Of a stretch of DNA of 64,000 bases, positions 1-12,300 are shown one piece after another; position 1 is the first letter of the stretch, and every line of letters begins with the position of its first letter. This stretch comes from Paraphysomonas bandaiensis (taxonomy: Eukaryota; Protista; Chrysophyceae), in contig CBFFRP010000431.1 of the NCBI GenBank assembly GCA_965644295.1, positions 248,001 to 312,000 of the forward strand, given 5' to 3'. The position numbers and the translations under genes are program-made. The notes below the pieces were generated by a model, which saw only the letters and a program-made list of their open reading frames with translations, did not search any database and was not told the origin of the DNA.

Positions 1-1757
1 CTTTGGGAGTGGGTAACCTTATTTATATAATCAGCGGAGCACATACGCGCTGGGACAAAATACCTTGATAATTAAAAGTACACCGATGGCATCATAGGTG
101 TGCAGAAGATAGTTCTCGAGATTTTCAAGTAGCATCGAAAGAGTTCGCTTGAATATACTGCAGTGATCACAACACGTTAACTCTCACAACATATACAAGA
201 TCATGTGACATCGGATGTACATATGCACAGGCTCCGTACTTGTTAAAAGTCTCCTGTGTATTTGTCTTGAAGAAGTCTACAACGAAGAGAAACTCACTCG
301 TGGCCGCATCTGACAAATGCTTTATGACTGATCTCAGCAAAACCTCATATGGATACTTCTGCGCCTCCGCAGTTGCGACGTGCACAAGTATAGGCTCCGT
401 CTCAATCTGATATAGCGTTAGGATCATCATCAATAGATCGTACAGAGGTAGACAGGGCCGTAACTGCAACTTCAGTACAACTGCAGTACCTGATCAAGAA
501 TGCGGTCTCGCTCTCCTAGAGTAAACGCATCACTGCGTTTTGTTAAGTTCACTTTGTTCGAGAACATCGATCGTACGGCTGCTTCCTCCATGGCGATGAG
601 GTCATGGCGGTCGGCCTTTACTTCATCCAGTCGCATAAGTTGATTGTAGTAGTTCTTAAAGAGATTGAAGATGGTTTTGCCCATCGTTTCAACATACCAT
701 GATCTACAACAAAATAGATTTTAAAAAGTAAGTTCTTCACATAAAAATGATGGTAATTTAACTTGTTCATACCACAGCACGCTAGAACATCCATTATGCA
801 CTAACCTTATCTCCTCACTACTTCCTCCTCCTTCTTGTTGTAAAAACTCAAGTAGAGGTGCAAACTTTACTAACGAGTTTTGTTGTAGTACTTGGACATT
901 GGTCTTTGGTTTCCGGAGATCTCGAAACTTGGCAACAAAGTAATCTTTTATTTTCGAGATAGCTTTCACTTTCAATTTTTCTAGCTCAGGAAGAAGAGTA
1001 CGTCCCACATGTGTTTGGCCAGGAATCATGTCCAAAGAAGACCCATCCTTAGATGGCGCTTGTTGTTGTAAATATTTCAGCTTTTTACTCAAGTCAATAA
1101 CTGCATCGAGGAACTCTTCGTTGATCGGGGATGATGTAATTATTGCAGCCATTTCCGGATTGACAGCTGTATTATCGAGAAACTTATGAATGAGTTCTTC
1201 TGCTGCACGACGATTTTTGAGACGAATATTCATCGACAACGATTCGTCCTGAAGATGTTTTATTTCCTCAGATATTCCACCAAGGTCAGCCTGGAAGCCA
1301 AGGAGCATCTCTTGCATACGTGCTAATACAGCATCACAGTCTTCCATCTGTACATGCAACTCAGAAACTTCTTCACTATTCTCCATATACTGTGCAACAG
1401 TCTCTGCTTCCGCCTAAATACATAATCACAGTGAGTTATAACTAGTTATATCTCATACGTATATCTCATATATATATGTATACAGGATATTACCTCCTTT
1501 AACTGAGCGGTTAACTCTTCAGCATATTTTCTTAAATCAACACCACGTTGAAGAGCTTGTTTGACCATTTCATCTTCTTGAAAACGTTCTAAATCATCAT
1601 CAATTTCATCAAAATCAATATCTTCAGATGTTATATTGAGATTATCAAGATCTAGTGCAGTGTCTTCCTGTGTATCATGATCCACTGAATTAATTAATAA
1701 AGATCCATTTTCTTCTGTAGGAAAACGTTCTTCGGTAGGAAAAGAATTTATTGGCAT
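1..1757 (-). CDS. VPS52: Vacuolar protein sorting 52 (GARP/EARP subunit), 5' part; continues beyond window start
   Basis: Vps52-type motifs GVDLRKYA, CDAVLARMQEMLLGFQADLGGISEEIKHLQ..S..MNIRLKNR, KYPYEVLLRS, ATSEFLFVVDFF. GT-AG introns read by eye at 1414-1493, 704-805, 407-489, 158-239 and 18-63. Confidence 0.93.
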
Positions 1758-1872
1758 ATTGATATGAGGAATAGTGAGGTTAATTGGAGTGTATTGAGGT
1801 GTAGGATGATGATATGATATGAGTGCCTGTAAATATTGTGCTCTAGCCGGCTAGTTGCAAAGCTACTTTATA

Positions 1873-2249
1873 CACATACATACATACATACATACATACA
1901 TACATACATACATACATACATACATACATACATACATACATACATACATACATACATACATACATACATACATACATACATACATACATACATACATACA
2001 TACATACATACATACATACATACATACATACATACATACATACATACATACATACATACATACATACATACATACATACATACATACATACATACATACA
2101 TACATACATACATACATACATACATACATACATACATACATACATACATACATACATACATACATACATACATACATACATACATACATACATACATACA
2201 TACATACATACATACATACATACATACATACATACATACATACATACAT
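1873..2249. repeat. Perfect (CATA)n microsatellite, ~94 units
   Basis: Directly visible; lies between the divergent VPS52 and peptide deformylase starts. Confidence 0.99.
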
Positions 2250-2349
2250 CATACTCAGCAATGTTGTGTCCAGTATTGATATAGAGTGATATCACTGTGT
2301 ATCAGTCAAACAGGAACTATACTCTTCTCCATTTCACTTATTCATTCCA

Positions 2350-3225
2350 ATGCAAGTTACACTTAAAAGTTACTTAACCAGTAACATCATTGACACAGAT
2401 AATAGTGATAAATACACAACCAGAGCATCCTTTGGATGTTATATTAATGAACAACAATACTTCTCTTATCTCCATAGTTCTGATACATCCACACTAGATA
2501 TCATTAAAGAACCCGAAGAAGATGATAAACTTCGTTGTTTATCTCAACCTGTACAGATAACTGATGAACTAGTTGTATTTATGAAGGAATACTTATTGCC
2601 TACAATGTATGCTGAAAGAGGAATCGGCATCGCTTCCATTCAAGTTGGTCTACCAATACGAGCACTAATAGTGGATATTCCCATTATTCAATCAATTGGT
2701 AATCAGCTGATCGGAATATCTAAAAGTGATCCCAGGTATGCACGCAACGCAGTGCAGAGGGGTTCTACTGTACAATTGAAGGAGAGACAAGTTGTTTATT
2801 CGAATGGGGCTATGTCCCATTTCAACGTTGAACGAATCCTTCGACCCGTTGATATAGAATCTGATGGTATAGCTGGAGCTATTGAAGTTCATGTGGAACG
2901 CCGTCCTATATTTATTATTAACCCAGAAGTGGAATCGGTATCTACTGAAGAAGTTGTCATCGAAGAAGGGTGCTTATCTGTACCAGCCGAATACGTCAAG
3001 ACAGTTTATGGTAATAACACCCGTGTAAAACGCCCGTTGGGAATTAGGATATCTTATACGGATTTAGACGGCAAGCGGCAAGTTTTGGATACACACCACT
3101 TCCGAAGGGAGCTTGGGTGGAGTGATGATCATGTAATGTGGCTAGCTCGATGTATTCAGCACGAGTATGACCACCTTGAGGGAATACTATTCACCGACAA
3201 ATTATATGATGAATCTGAAACTTGA
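2350..3225 (+). CDS. PDF: Peptide deformylase, intronless, with a large internal insertion
   Basis: All three PDF motifs: GIGIASIQVG (GxGxAAxQ), EGCLS and QHEYDHLEG (HExxH). Confidence 0.9.
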   Translation: MQVTLKSYLTSNIIDTDNSDKYTTRASFGCYINEQQYFSYLHSSDTSTLDIIKEPEEDDKLRCLSQPVQITDELVVFMKEYLLPTMYAERGIGIASIQVGLPIRALIVDIPIIQSIGNQLIGISKSDPRYARNAVQRGSTVQLKERQVVYSNGAMSHFNVERILRPVDIESDGIAGAIEVHVERRPIFIINPEVESVSTEEVVIEEGCLSVPAEYVKTVYGNNTRVKRPLGIRISYTDLDGKRQVLDTHHFRRELGWSDDHVMWLARCIQHEYDHLEGILFTDKLYDESET

Positions 3226-3982
3226 ATGCAATATTGTATTATTTATTATGTATACATCTTAGGTGTATAGTTTTTGGGTGTAATCAATTAAAACAGTGTG
3301 CGAAAATTCTATTGTAGTGTAATAAACTTGTAGATACAACAGGACACTTGGAACTGATATATCAAGTCGATTACTAACTGAAACAAATCATTACAAAAGT
3401 ATATATCGCAAGCCACACTCTTGTTGTTGGTATATAAGCATATAACGCACCAATCACCAATATGCATTATGCATGGCCGGCTATACTTTATATCTCAACG
3501 AGAGCTACGGTGTAACTTAAACAACTGCATTAAACCAATGTTTCGTGTTCTCATTTAAATAGCACTACCATGCGTTAAAATTAGTGTCGTAGATCGTAGG
3601 CTAAGTACTAATTATTCATACTAAATAATAAATAACGAACTCGTATCTCGTATCAAACTATTAGATACAAGATACAGAAATATGATGTCTACAGAAACTT
3701 GCAGACTACAAACTGGCAAATGAGTTTGTTGTCAAGTCACAACTTAGCTAAGTACTTTTGAGTACGAAATTATTTATATATTGTGACATGGCATATTGGT
3801 GTCTAACTAACCCTTCCAAGTACAGTCTCAAATATACTGTATCTGTTGAGTATATATTACAGAGAAATAAATTATATTTCTGAACGCCAAAATGTCTCGT
3901 TTTGCAACTGGATAACGTTTTCCAGTACTTCTGTAACATCAAATATCGATGCTAGAGTTCCATTGTAACAAGTGATTATATA

Positions 3983-5144
3983 CTACGCCGGTGATTCCAT
4001 TTTTTTATCCGTATTTTCATGGCCCTCTTCCTCCAGAAGACGGGAATATATTTCACGCAGTCGAGTTAGCATATCACCATAACAGAATTTCCCGCGGTTT
4101 ATACCAAAAGGGTCCAACATGCTCTGTCAACAATAACGCATCAACACACCACAATCTCTTATACTGCAAAGCTGAAATGAAAGACGCAATAACATACGGC
4201 GACTAATAGGAAGTCGTTGAAGTTTATATTTTTATGGTACACAGAGAGTGTAAAATTACCTGTCCATCTAAATGCGTGTTTTCTTGGCACGTTATTTCGT
4301 ACGATTCCATGAAAGAAAGAAAAAGTGATCGAACAACCTGAAACACATCAGAAAGCAATGAAATTAAGTATAATACCAGTGATTACCTGCGTGAGGGAAG
4401 CGGGCATTGAGTGAGAAACACCACTCTCACCCAACATGCTTATGACAGCTACGCGTATCGTCTCATGCCGTATGCAGGCATTGTAATTAGCAGAATCACC
4501 AGCCCTGCGTTCTATCTCGAAACCAGGCTCATTATGATATGGGTGCGAATTCATAAGTGACTGAATCGAGATCAGCACGCTAGATAGTGTGTGTATTGGA
4601 CCTGCGGAAAGAAATTACTGAAAATCGGATCACTATTCAACTAACGTACTCCAAGATGGTCCAACCCAGGTACCAAGAATGGATAAACACACCTTGCCAT
4701 TTGCATATACTGCGATACAATTAAGTAGTACTGACGTACACAGAATACATACAGTTAGGATTGAAACGAACAGTTCCACCACCAGTATTCATTAACATTA
4801 CTTTCGGTGGATTGTGAGGATAGTCATCCGGACAATCGATGAGAAAATAAAAATATCCACACTCATATGGTGTGTCAAAAGGCCCAACAATTAGTGCATG
4901 ACATACAGTTGCATATCGTTCATCAGGAATACAGTATATACCTAATAAACAAATGTCATATATCGATATATCAGCCATTCCTACCTGGTAAATTATCTTT
5001 AATTACATTCTTTAAGTCAGTTCGTATACGCCTTAAAGCCTCACGTGATGGATTACGATTCTCCATATTTAGAGTAGGATTCCATTCTTCTGGCAGTGTT
5101 TTCAATGTCGCTGAATTGGATGATGAAGAAGGAGGAGCTTCCAT
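3983..5144 (-). CDS. UBE2Z: Ubiquitin-conjugating enzyme E2, UBE2Z/USE1-like
   Basis: [55 protein letters not shown] (catalytic Cys), [26 protein letters not shown], final exon [12 protein letters not shown]. Introns at 4942-4984, 4710-4752, 4602-4649, 4338-4386 and 4124-4259. Confidence 0.92.
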
Positions 5145-5460
5145 AGTATATATATGAGAAGGATAATGTGGATGATGATATCTATATATGGAAATGATGG
5201 ATATAGAGAGTGTTGTATATCTAGATATATACGGTATACGCTCGTACATGTGAAAGACCAGCAGATTATATACCAGTTTTCTGTCTATACGGAAAATGGA
5301 CAGTATAATGACAAGAAAACAAGAAATCTACATAAATTTCCCCAAAATTAGGAAAAAGGAGCAGAAATCTGTAAGAAAACTACAGAAAATGTTGGAAAAC
5401 ACTTGTGAACAGCTCAAAAACGGCTGGTTTTTGTACTAGCAGCACAAGTACAGCGTATCG

Positions 5461-5605
5461 GCAGTCAGCATCTTATTTTTCGGTAATTAATTGAAGTAAA
5501 AATAGTCTATATTATTTACATACAACTACGGCTGTATTACACATAATTGTTGTCTCAATATTAGAGGCATATGTGAACAAAAATATACACAGGATGCCGA
5601 TACGC
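5461..5605. repeat. Dispersed ~140-bp double-hairpin element, copy 1
   Basis: Aligns by eye to 36902-37045 and 52828-52966 (shared core ...caactacg.ctg.a.taca.ataattgttg..tcaatattagaggcat...aacaaaaatatac..aggatgc). Confidence 0.85.
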
Positions 5606-5835
5606 CAGAGTATACAGTATCTAACGACAACTCTTCGAGCTATTGCTTGCTAAACCAAGTTGCAAGATCTATGAAGGCAGACAAGCATCGAGTAGAGTAA
5701 GCACAGTGCACCTGTACTATAGTTAACCCATCTGTACCATACTATACCATATTATACCATACCATATACTCTATAAACTGTAGTGTGTCTATCATATATA
5801 AGCTGCTGTTGTGTATCAATATCTACCCACTCGAC

Positions 5836-6681
5836 ATGTTTGATCTTTGTATTCGTGATTTATCCCAAGTCAAATTAGATGACATCATTCATTGTATGAT
5901 TCGATGCTTTGATGATTATTTTGTGCAGCTACCAACTGACACATCATATTGGGAAGAACGGTTTCATTGTGCAAGAGTGGATTATACACTGTCATTTGGT
6001 GCATTTAATGGAGACCAGCTCACAGCTTTTATTATCAATGGTGTAGACTTTCGAGATGGGAAGTATGTTGCATTTAATACTGGAACTGGTGTTCTTCCCG
6101 ATTATAGGGGAAGACAAATCGTGGATATGCTATACAGACATGCGATTCCTTTATTTTCTGCTAGGCACATTACGCACTGTGCATTGGAGGTTATTCAGGA
6201 GAATGCGCGTGCCTTACATGTTTATCAACGTATTGGATTTGTGATATCTAAACATTATCTTTGTTTTCGCGGCATTCTTCCTGCTTCGGAGAACAGAACT
6301 GTGTTATATCCACAAGCAACATTTACGTCTTCGTCTTCCCAGTTTATTACGTTTCAACAACACTACTCATGGGATAAGACAATACGTTCATTGGAGCTAG
6401 CCCCGGATAATTTGTATCGGCTATATGAAGTGGCTCGAAGGGAATCGAACGACGTGATCGGATATTTTATTATTCATTGCTATACAGGTGCTCTTCCACA
6501 ATGTGAAGTTTATAACGACACTCGTAGTGAGTGGGATTTACTTTTTGATGGAGTTGCTCAAATATCACAAGCCATCAGTATCAATAATATTGACATAAAC
6601 CGACAACGGTTAATCGAACAGCTACAGCTGATGGACTTAGAAAATTATATAAACCAATACGAAATGGAATACGTCCTATAA
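5836..6681 (+). CDS. GNAT-family N-acetyltransferase, intronless, bacterial-like
   Basis: Acetyl-CoA motif A TGVLPDYRGRQIV and motif B LEVIQENARALHVYQRIGF. First ATG at 5836. Confidence 0.88.
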   Translation: MFDLCIRDLSQVKLDDIIHCMIRCFDDYFVQLPTDTSYWEERFHCARVDYTLSFGAFNGDQLTAFIINGVDFRDGKYVAFNTGTGVLPDYRGRQIVDMLYRHAIPLFSARHITHCALEVIQENARALHVYQRIGFVISKHYLCFRGILPASENRTVLYPQATFTSSSSQFITFQQHYSWDKTIRSLELAPDNLYRLYEVARRESNDVIGYFIIHCYTGALPQCEVYNDTRSEWDLLFDGVAQISQAISINNIDINRQRLIEQLQLMDLENYINQYEMEYVL

Positions 6682-7387
6682 ACTGTATTATTTTGAAACA
6701 CGTGTATTTCATATACAGTCTTAGAAATGAGCACGACCATAATTGTGCCCTAGTATTACTCAGTGTTTAGCTAGTGGGGCCGGTTGGGTCACCACAACCT
6801 TTGTAATAACGTATGCTAGAGAAGTAATATTGGAGGTGACCTCCATATGCTATCCGTATCAGTTTCGTAGTACACTGATAGTCACAATATTCTCCGTGTG
6901 TAGTGGATTACTAATTGAGTCAACCAGGAAGTGCTTTATAGTTTACAGCAGCCCTGTCACTATGCAATATACAATACATTTCTTCCTTTCATCATTTCTA
7001 ACGTCATATATATGACAAGCACATCATACATGTGCTTTCAATATTTGACAAGTTCGTCACACTTTTTATCAGGAATAGAAGTTGGTATGTAGTCTTACAC
7101 AGTGCTATTGATTAAAACACGTACTTAGTAGAGTAATCAGAGAATTGCCTGTTAGCTGATAAATAATTAAAACAGGCAGGTTTAATGTTACTAATTGCAA
7201 TACAGAGTACGAAAGAACGTATGTCTACATTCTATATAAATATAATATTCAGCACGTTATCTTTAGCGATAAGAATAATGTGTTTTCAAACACATATTAT
7301 TACTTAGGGACTAACTACATTATACAAACGTAAGGTGACAACATTATATGTGCTTCTATATTCAGCTGATTAAATAACATGAATTTG

Positions 7388-8695
7388 CTACACGCGTTGT
7401 ACAGGAACACTGGCAGGACTATAACTCGGTTTGGAAGATGAAAAGAAATATCCAAAAATATTGAATCCACTCCACGACGATGTCGTTGACGACGACGTAT
7501 TGGTAATTATATGGTGGCCAGGAGTAGGCTGAGCTCCTCGTGAAACTATATCTGAATCTACGGGATGAATCAATACAGCATCATCAGTACCAATACGAGA
7601 GCTGCAGCGGGGACAGGAGGAAATGATCTCCATTACATGCTTATGCTCTTCCTGTAGACGGGAAATTTCCTGCTCTTGGGAAAGACGCTCAGCTTCAGAG
7701 GACCCTTGCAAAATGCGAAGCTATAGAACATAAAATTAGTGTATCAACCACTGGCATATGTTCAGCAATGAAATATGCAAATATTATGAAACCTACTGCG
7801 GGATGCCTACCTCTTCTCTAGCCTTACTTAAATCGTGGTTCAGTTCTCTTACTATTGCTGAAGGAGAAGCTGCTACAGCTCTACGCACTTGCTGAGGAGT
7901 CACTGGGGATGATCCCGTTCTAGGTCTTCCGTTGACCCCTGAGGGAGACGGAGAATAACTTCCAGTACGATCCACCGAGACGCGCAAATCACATATAACA
8001 TCCTCGAGGGATGAGTTCACTGAAGCAGACACATTTTCAGCGTTTTCACGAGGACTAGAAGGCGACGGAAGGGGCTGATCGCAACTATGCTCCACACTGG
8101 AATTAGCAAGTTCACAGGAGTTACCACTCCTTTTCGGTGATGTAGGTGTTGGTGATGCACTACTATCCATACTAACATCGTTCTCTTCTGATTCTGAGCC
8201 ATTAGTACTATTTTTCTCAGCAGCATCTGCCCTCTCTGCTGCTTCCAACAACGTATCTATCTGCAGTCTTGCATTCATAAGCTCATGCTCCAGAGCATTG
8301 CATTCATCTTGTAACCGTTGTCTATCTTTTTGCACACTATCCACCAAGGCTTTCCAATCATCTCGCTCTTGCAGCCGCCATTTCTTAGAATTCTCTAGCC
8401 GAAGTTGTTCCGCGTAGTTTCTGTAATAATCTCTCTACGTACAATACTTCACTAACAATCTATAAGTGTTTTAATGTAATGACTAACCTCATCAGCACAT
8501 TTCTCATATTTTTGCCTTTCAATCTCATTTTGCTTTTCTAATTCTGCAATTTTTTCATTCAAACAATCAATTGCTTGTTCAGCCTAAAATATTATAATTA
8601 GATGATTGATTTTATATATCTGCTAATGGACACACCTGTCGTTTAGTTTGATTCAAAAATTTGGTAAGCTTAATAAGCCCATCCGATTCAGACAT
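7388..8695 (-). CDS. Coiled-coil protein of unknown function (multi-exon)
   Basis: Spliced frame MSESDGLIKLTKFLNQTKRQ / AEQAIDCLNEKIAELEKQ / RDYYRNYAEQLRLENSKKWRLQERDDWKALVDSVQKDR joins ORFs 7793-8347 and 7388-7711. Confidence 0.7.
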
Positions 8696-9319
8696 TTAAG
8701 TATATGTTAGGTTTAATAATAGCTAGTTAAGAAATCTATTCATAGTCAATTGGTTGAGTCAAGAGATACTTATATGTATTGCAAGGGTTTAAATATACGA
8801 CATATCAATCACTTAAAACCTAACGATATGTTCATAGATAGGAATGAATAAGTTGATTTTTCAAATATAGAATTCTAGAAACCTTAGCTTTTCATCTGAA
8901 AATGGAAATATCACATAATATATATCAAAAATATGTAGATTTTTAGATACAGATCCTTAATACGTCCAGAATACAAGCAAGAAAGTGGAGTTTCGTATCA
9001 ATGCCCACACTTCCTTCAAAGAACTTCTAGATTTTTAGGATATAGAACTAAAATACGTCAGAAATACACATATACAACCAGATAATAAGTAGAGTTTTTG
9101 TATGGACATCTCATTTCCAGATATATAATGGATATGAACTGCACCGCCACTCAATTTTATTATCAACAAAAATGAAAAAAAAAAAAAAATTAATGAAGAC
9201 GAAGTGATAGACTTTTAATGGCCGTCAAAATAGCAGACATCTTTCTAGTATATTTATAAGGAAGTGAACGCAGATTCATTAGCTGATTTCTGCTTATTAT
9301 TGAATCATTTGTATTAACA

Positions 9320-12300
9320 ATGTCAGAACTTCAGCGACAATTACAGTCACTGAAAAATCAAACGACATTAGAAACATCTATATATGATGGAACTCCTTCT
9401 TTGTTTTTATCTAAGAAAGAGGCTGGAAATATTGATATTGATAGCGTGTTTGATGCTGCTGTGAATGGGATAACAGTCTTGAAACAGTATGAACCAAAGT
9501 TTTCTGTGTTTATAGAACATATTCTGCACCCATCATCAGTCAGTGTACAGCGAGAGTTACTTACTCCAGAGGTAATATACATACACACGTATATATTAAC
9601 ATACTACAATATACATATGTATATATCATGTGAACTCATATTTGTATACAGGAGGAACGTGTATTGAATCATCGCATTGAAGATCTTCTTGAACTGCTGA
9701 GTCTATATGCAGGAGATTTAAACGCACACAAAGTACTAGAGTACTTGATTAGAAGATATAGAATTCATGAGCTTAATGCCGATGCTCTATTGCGATGTAT
9801 GATTTCACAGCACGATACCAAGGTTTTATATTGTGGATGTATTTATATGTATTTGATTTTGCTCTTGTAGATTTTTGCTCGGGTGGTGCAATTAAGCAAA
9901 ATTGCGTCCTCAGTTTGGGCTTTTCTGGAAGGAATCAAAACAAGTGGTACCACTCTTCCTCGATCGTTTCTTTCCCGCAGATGCCATAAAGACAATATGC
10001 TCTTGAGTAAACTTACATCTGTTGCACAGAATGCACTGCGAGTGGTGTCTCAGGTGGTGGAGGGAGGGCATGTCCAGAAACCATGCGCGTCGTCGCTGCG
10101 TGGTGTAGACGCGATTCTCTCGTTTTATACGGCAACTGTGCTAGAAATGATAGAAGAAACACGTTCTGTCACTGACTCTCAACTTCGCACACTTTGTCCA
10201 TTTATTGTTAACGGAATCACCTGCACCGTGACAATGGCTGGCAGCCAACAACATACTGAACGCCGTGTTCCATCTGCCGCCGCACGGTCATGGCTGCACG
10301 TTAGTTGCATGCTAGTCTCGCAAATTGCACGCTACGCACAGCTAGGTAAAGGGCTGCTAAAGAGTATATGCTCGGCAATGGCAAATGGCATTAGCCGGTG
10401 CATAAGTAAGTCTAACGCATCAAGCGACTTAGGTGTGGATGATATATTACTTGCACTAATTGTCCTTGCTCAGCATCAAAAGGTAAGATATTGTGCTCGT
10501 AATTGACTCATATGACTGAATTGTAAAGGTGTATTTGACGGATGAGATGATCATGTGCATGTTCACTGACGATAACGCTGAGCTATGCCTTGATGTGCTT
10601 ATTGCCCTGGAACACATGGAGTCCAGGTATTTACTTGTAACGTACACTCTCAATGTTTAATTTTGTACACGTAGCGCTGGGGCAGATGCTAGTCCACTCT
10701 TTTCAGCGATAATGAATGGCGTGGTGGCCGGTATGACTTCCGAGTATAAATCTGAACGAAGTACAACTGACGTATTCGTTTCTGGCATGGACAAAAGTGT
10801 ATTAGGGGAATTGTTTTGTCGTATTGCTTCTTCTGTAGCTATCCAGGAAAAGGTTGTAAGCAATGCGACAGAGAAACTTCTACAGGCATATGCATCTTGT
10901 GCGGATACTATAGATGAGGGACTATCTGATGTAGTTGCAGAGGTGATGCGTGTGGTGTCGCAGCGGTACCCTGTTTCCTTTGACTTACTTATCAAAAAAT
11001 GCACTCAAAAGTTTGACACTGGCAATGAAGAACATAATTTGAAATTGTGTGCTTTGAAGAATATTATCAGCGTTGCTTTCTCATCCACTGCTCCGTACAG
11101 AGTACCTGTGGATTCTGGAGCAGGTCTTTTTCTTTCCCTCTCTCACTCTTCCGAAGAAGTTCGTGTGGAAGCCTTGCGTATGTTTGCTGGTACCGTTTCG
11201 GAGGCTGCCTGCGGCAGTCCTACTTCAGACTTAACTGGACTCGCGGGTGCCGTTCTGAGAACAGTAGAGGATAGTGAAGTGAACGTAGTATGCGCAGCGT
11301 GCCAACCCGATGTGCTCTCCCGGGTTATCCAGCTTGTTGATCTCTCAGAATTCACAGAAGTTATATCTAGTGCGGTGTCACTTTGGTTGGTGAAGGCTCA
11401 GCAGTCAATGAAGAAGTCTGTTACTGTTTTGTCTGTCATGTTGAAGGGTGTATATTCATCACCTGTGATGAAGCATATCAATACTAAATCCGGTGAGGAT
11501 GAATGGACCATTTCAGTGCTGTGTACTCACCTATTATCGTGTCTGCAACTATGCAAGAACATCAATCCTCAGTCTGACTATGCATGTCTCCTGGTAGAAG
11601 GTGTTGCTGAAGCATTCAACAACCTATCCAGCGCATTTGTCCCATTCCGTAAATGTGTGGTCAGCGTACCTCAGTCTTTTGGATGTGTGTATGATTTGGT
11701 TGTTAAAAGTGTAGCCGAAAGTATAGCAGAAAATGCCAAGATAAACTGCAACGAAACTCTTCGTGCTCTCAGTACGCTTCACAGGGTCATTTACGACATG
11801 ATGTCTTGTCAAAGCGATATTAAGTTCGATTTTGAGGGTTCAGTGAATTGTTTGCTTAACACCCTCCTTGTTTCACTTGATGTGCTTTCAAAATCCAGTA
11901 AATCTATGGACACTCTGCGACTATTCCTCGACGCAACTCTATCTTGGTCGATTATGGTGTATGAAGATGGAGTCGAAACGACCAATGAGTTCAAATTGAA
12001 CCTCGATAAAACTGTTGTAGGAATACTTCAGTTATGTGTGAAAGCTGGTATATGTCCAGTCAATGATATCTCCAATAGTCTTTTGTCGTGTTATAGTCAG
12101 TCTCTATCTCGCTTGGATTTGTCTGCCCGCGTGTTGGTTTCTCTTCTAGACCTTATGAGCTCAGACTGTGAACGCGCTGCTCCGCTTGTCAGACAGTGCG
12201 TAGAGGCGTTTTTCCCCTCATCTCCAATAGCTGTGTGTACAAAAATTGCATCTTCTGTTTTTTCACAGTGTGTTTGCGATGATAATTCTGCAGTTATATC

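Noticed and set aside
1836-2295. ORFs of HTYI/MYVC repeats (also 19841-20722)
   Set aside because: They are translations of tetranucleotide microsatellites that lack stop codons, not proteins.
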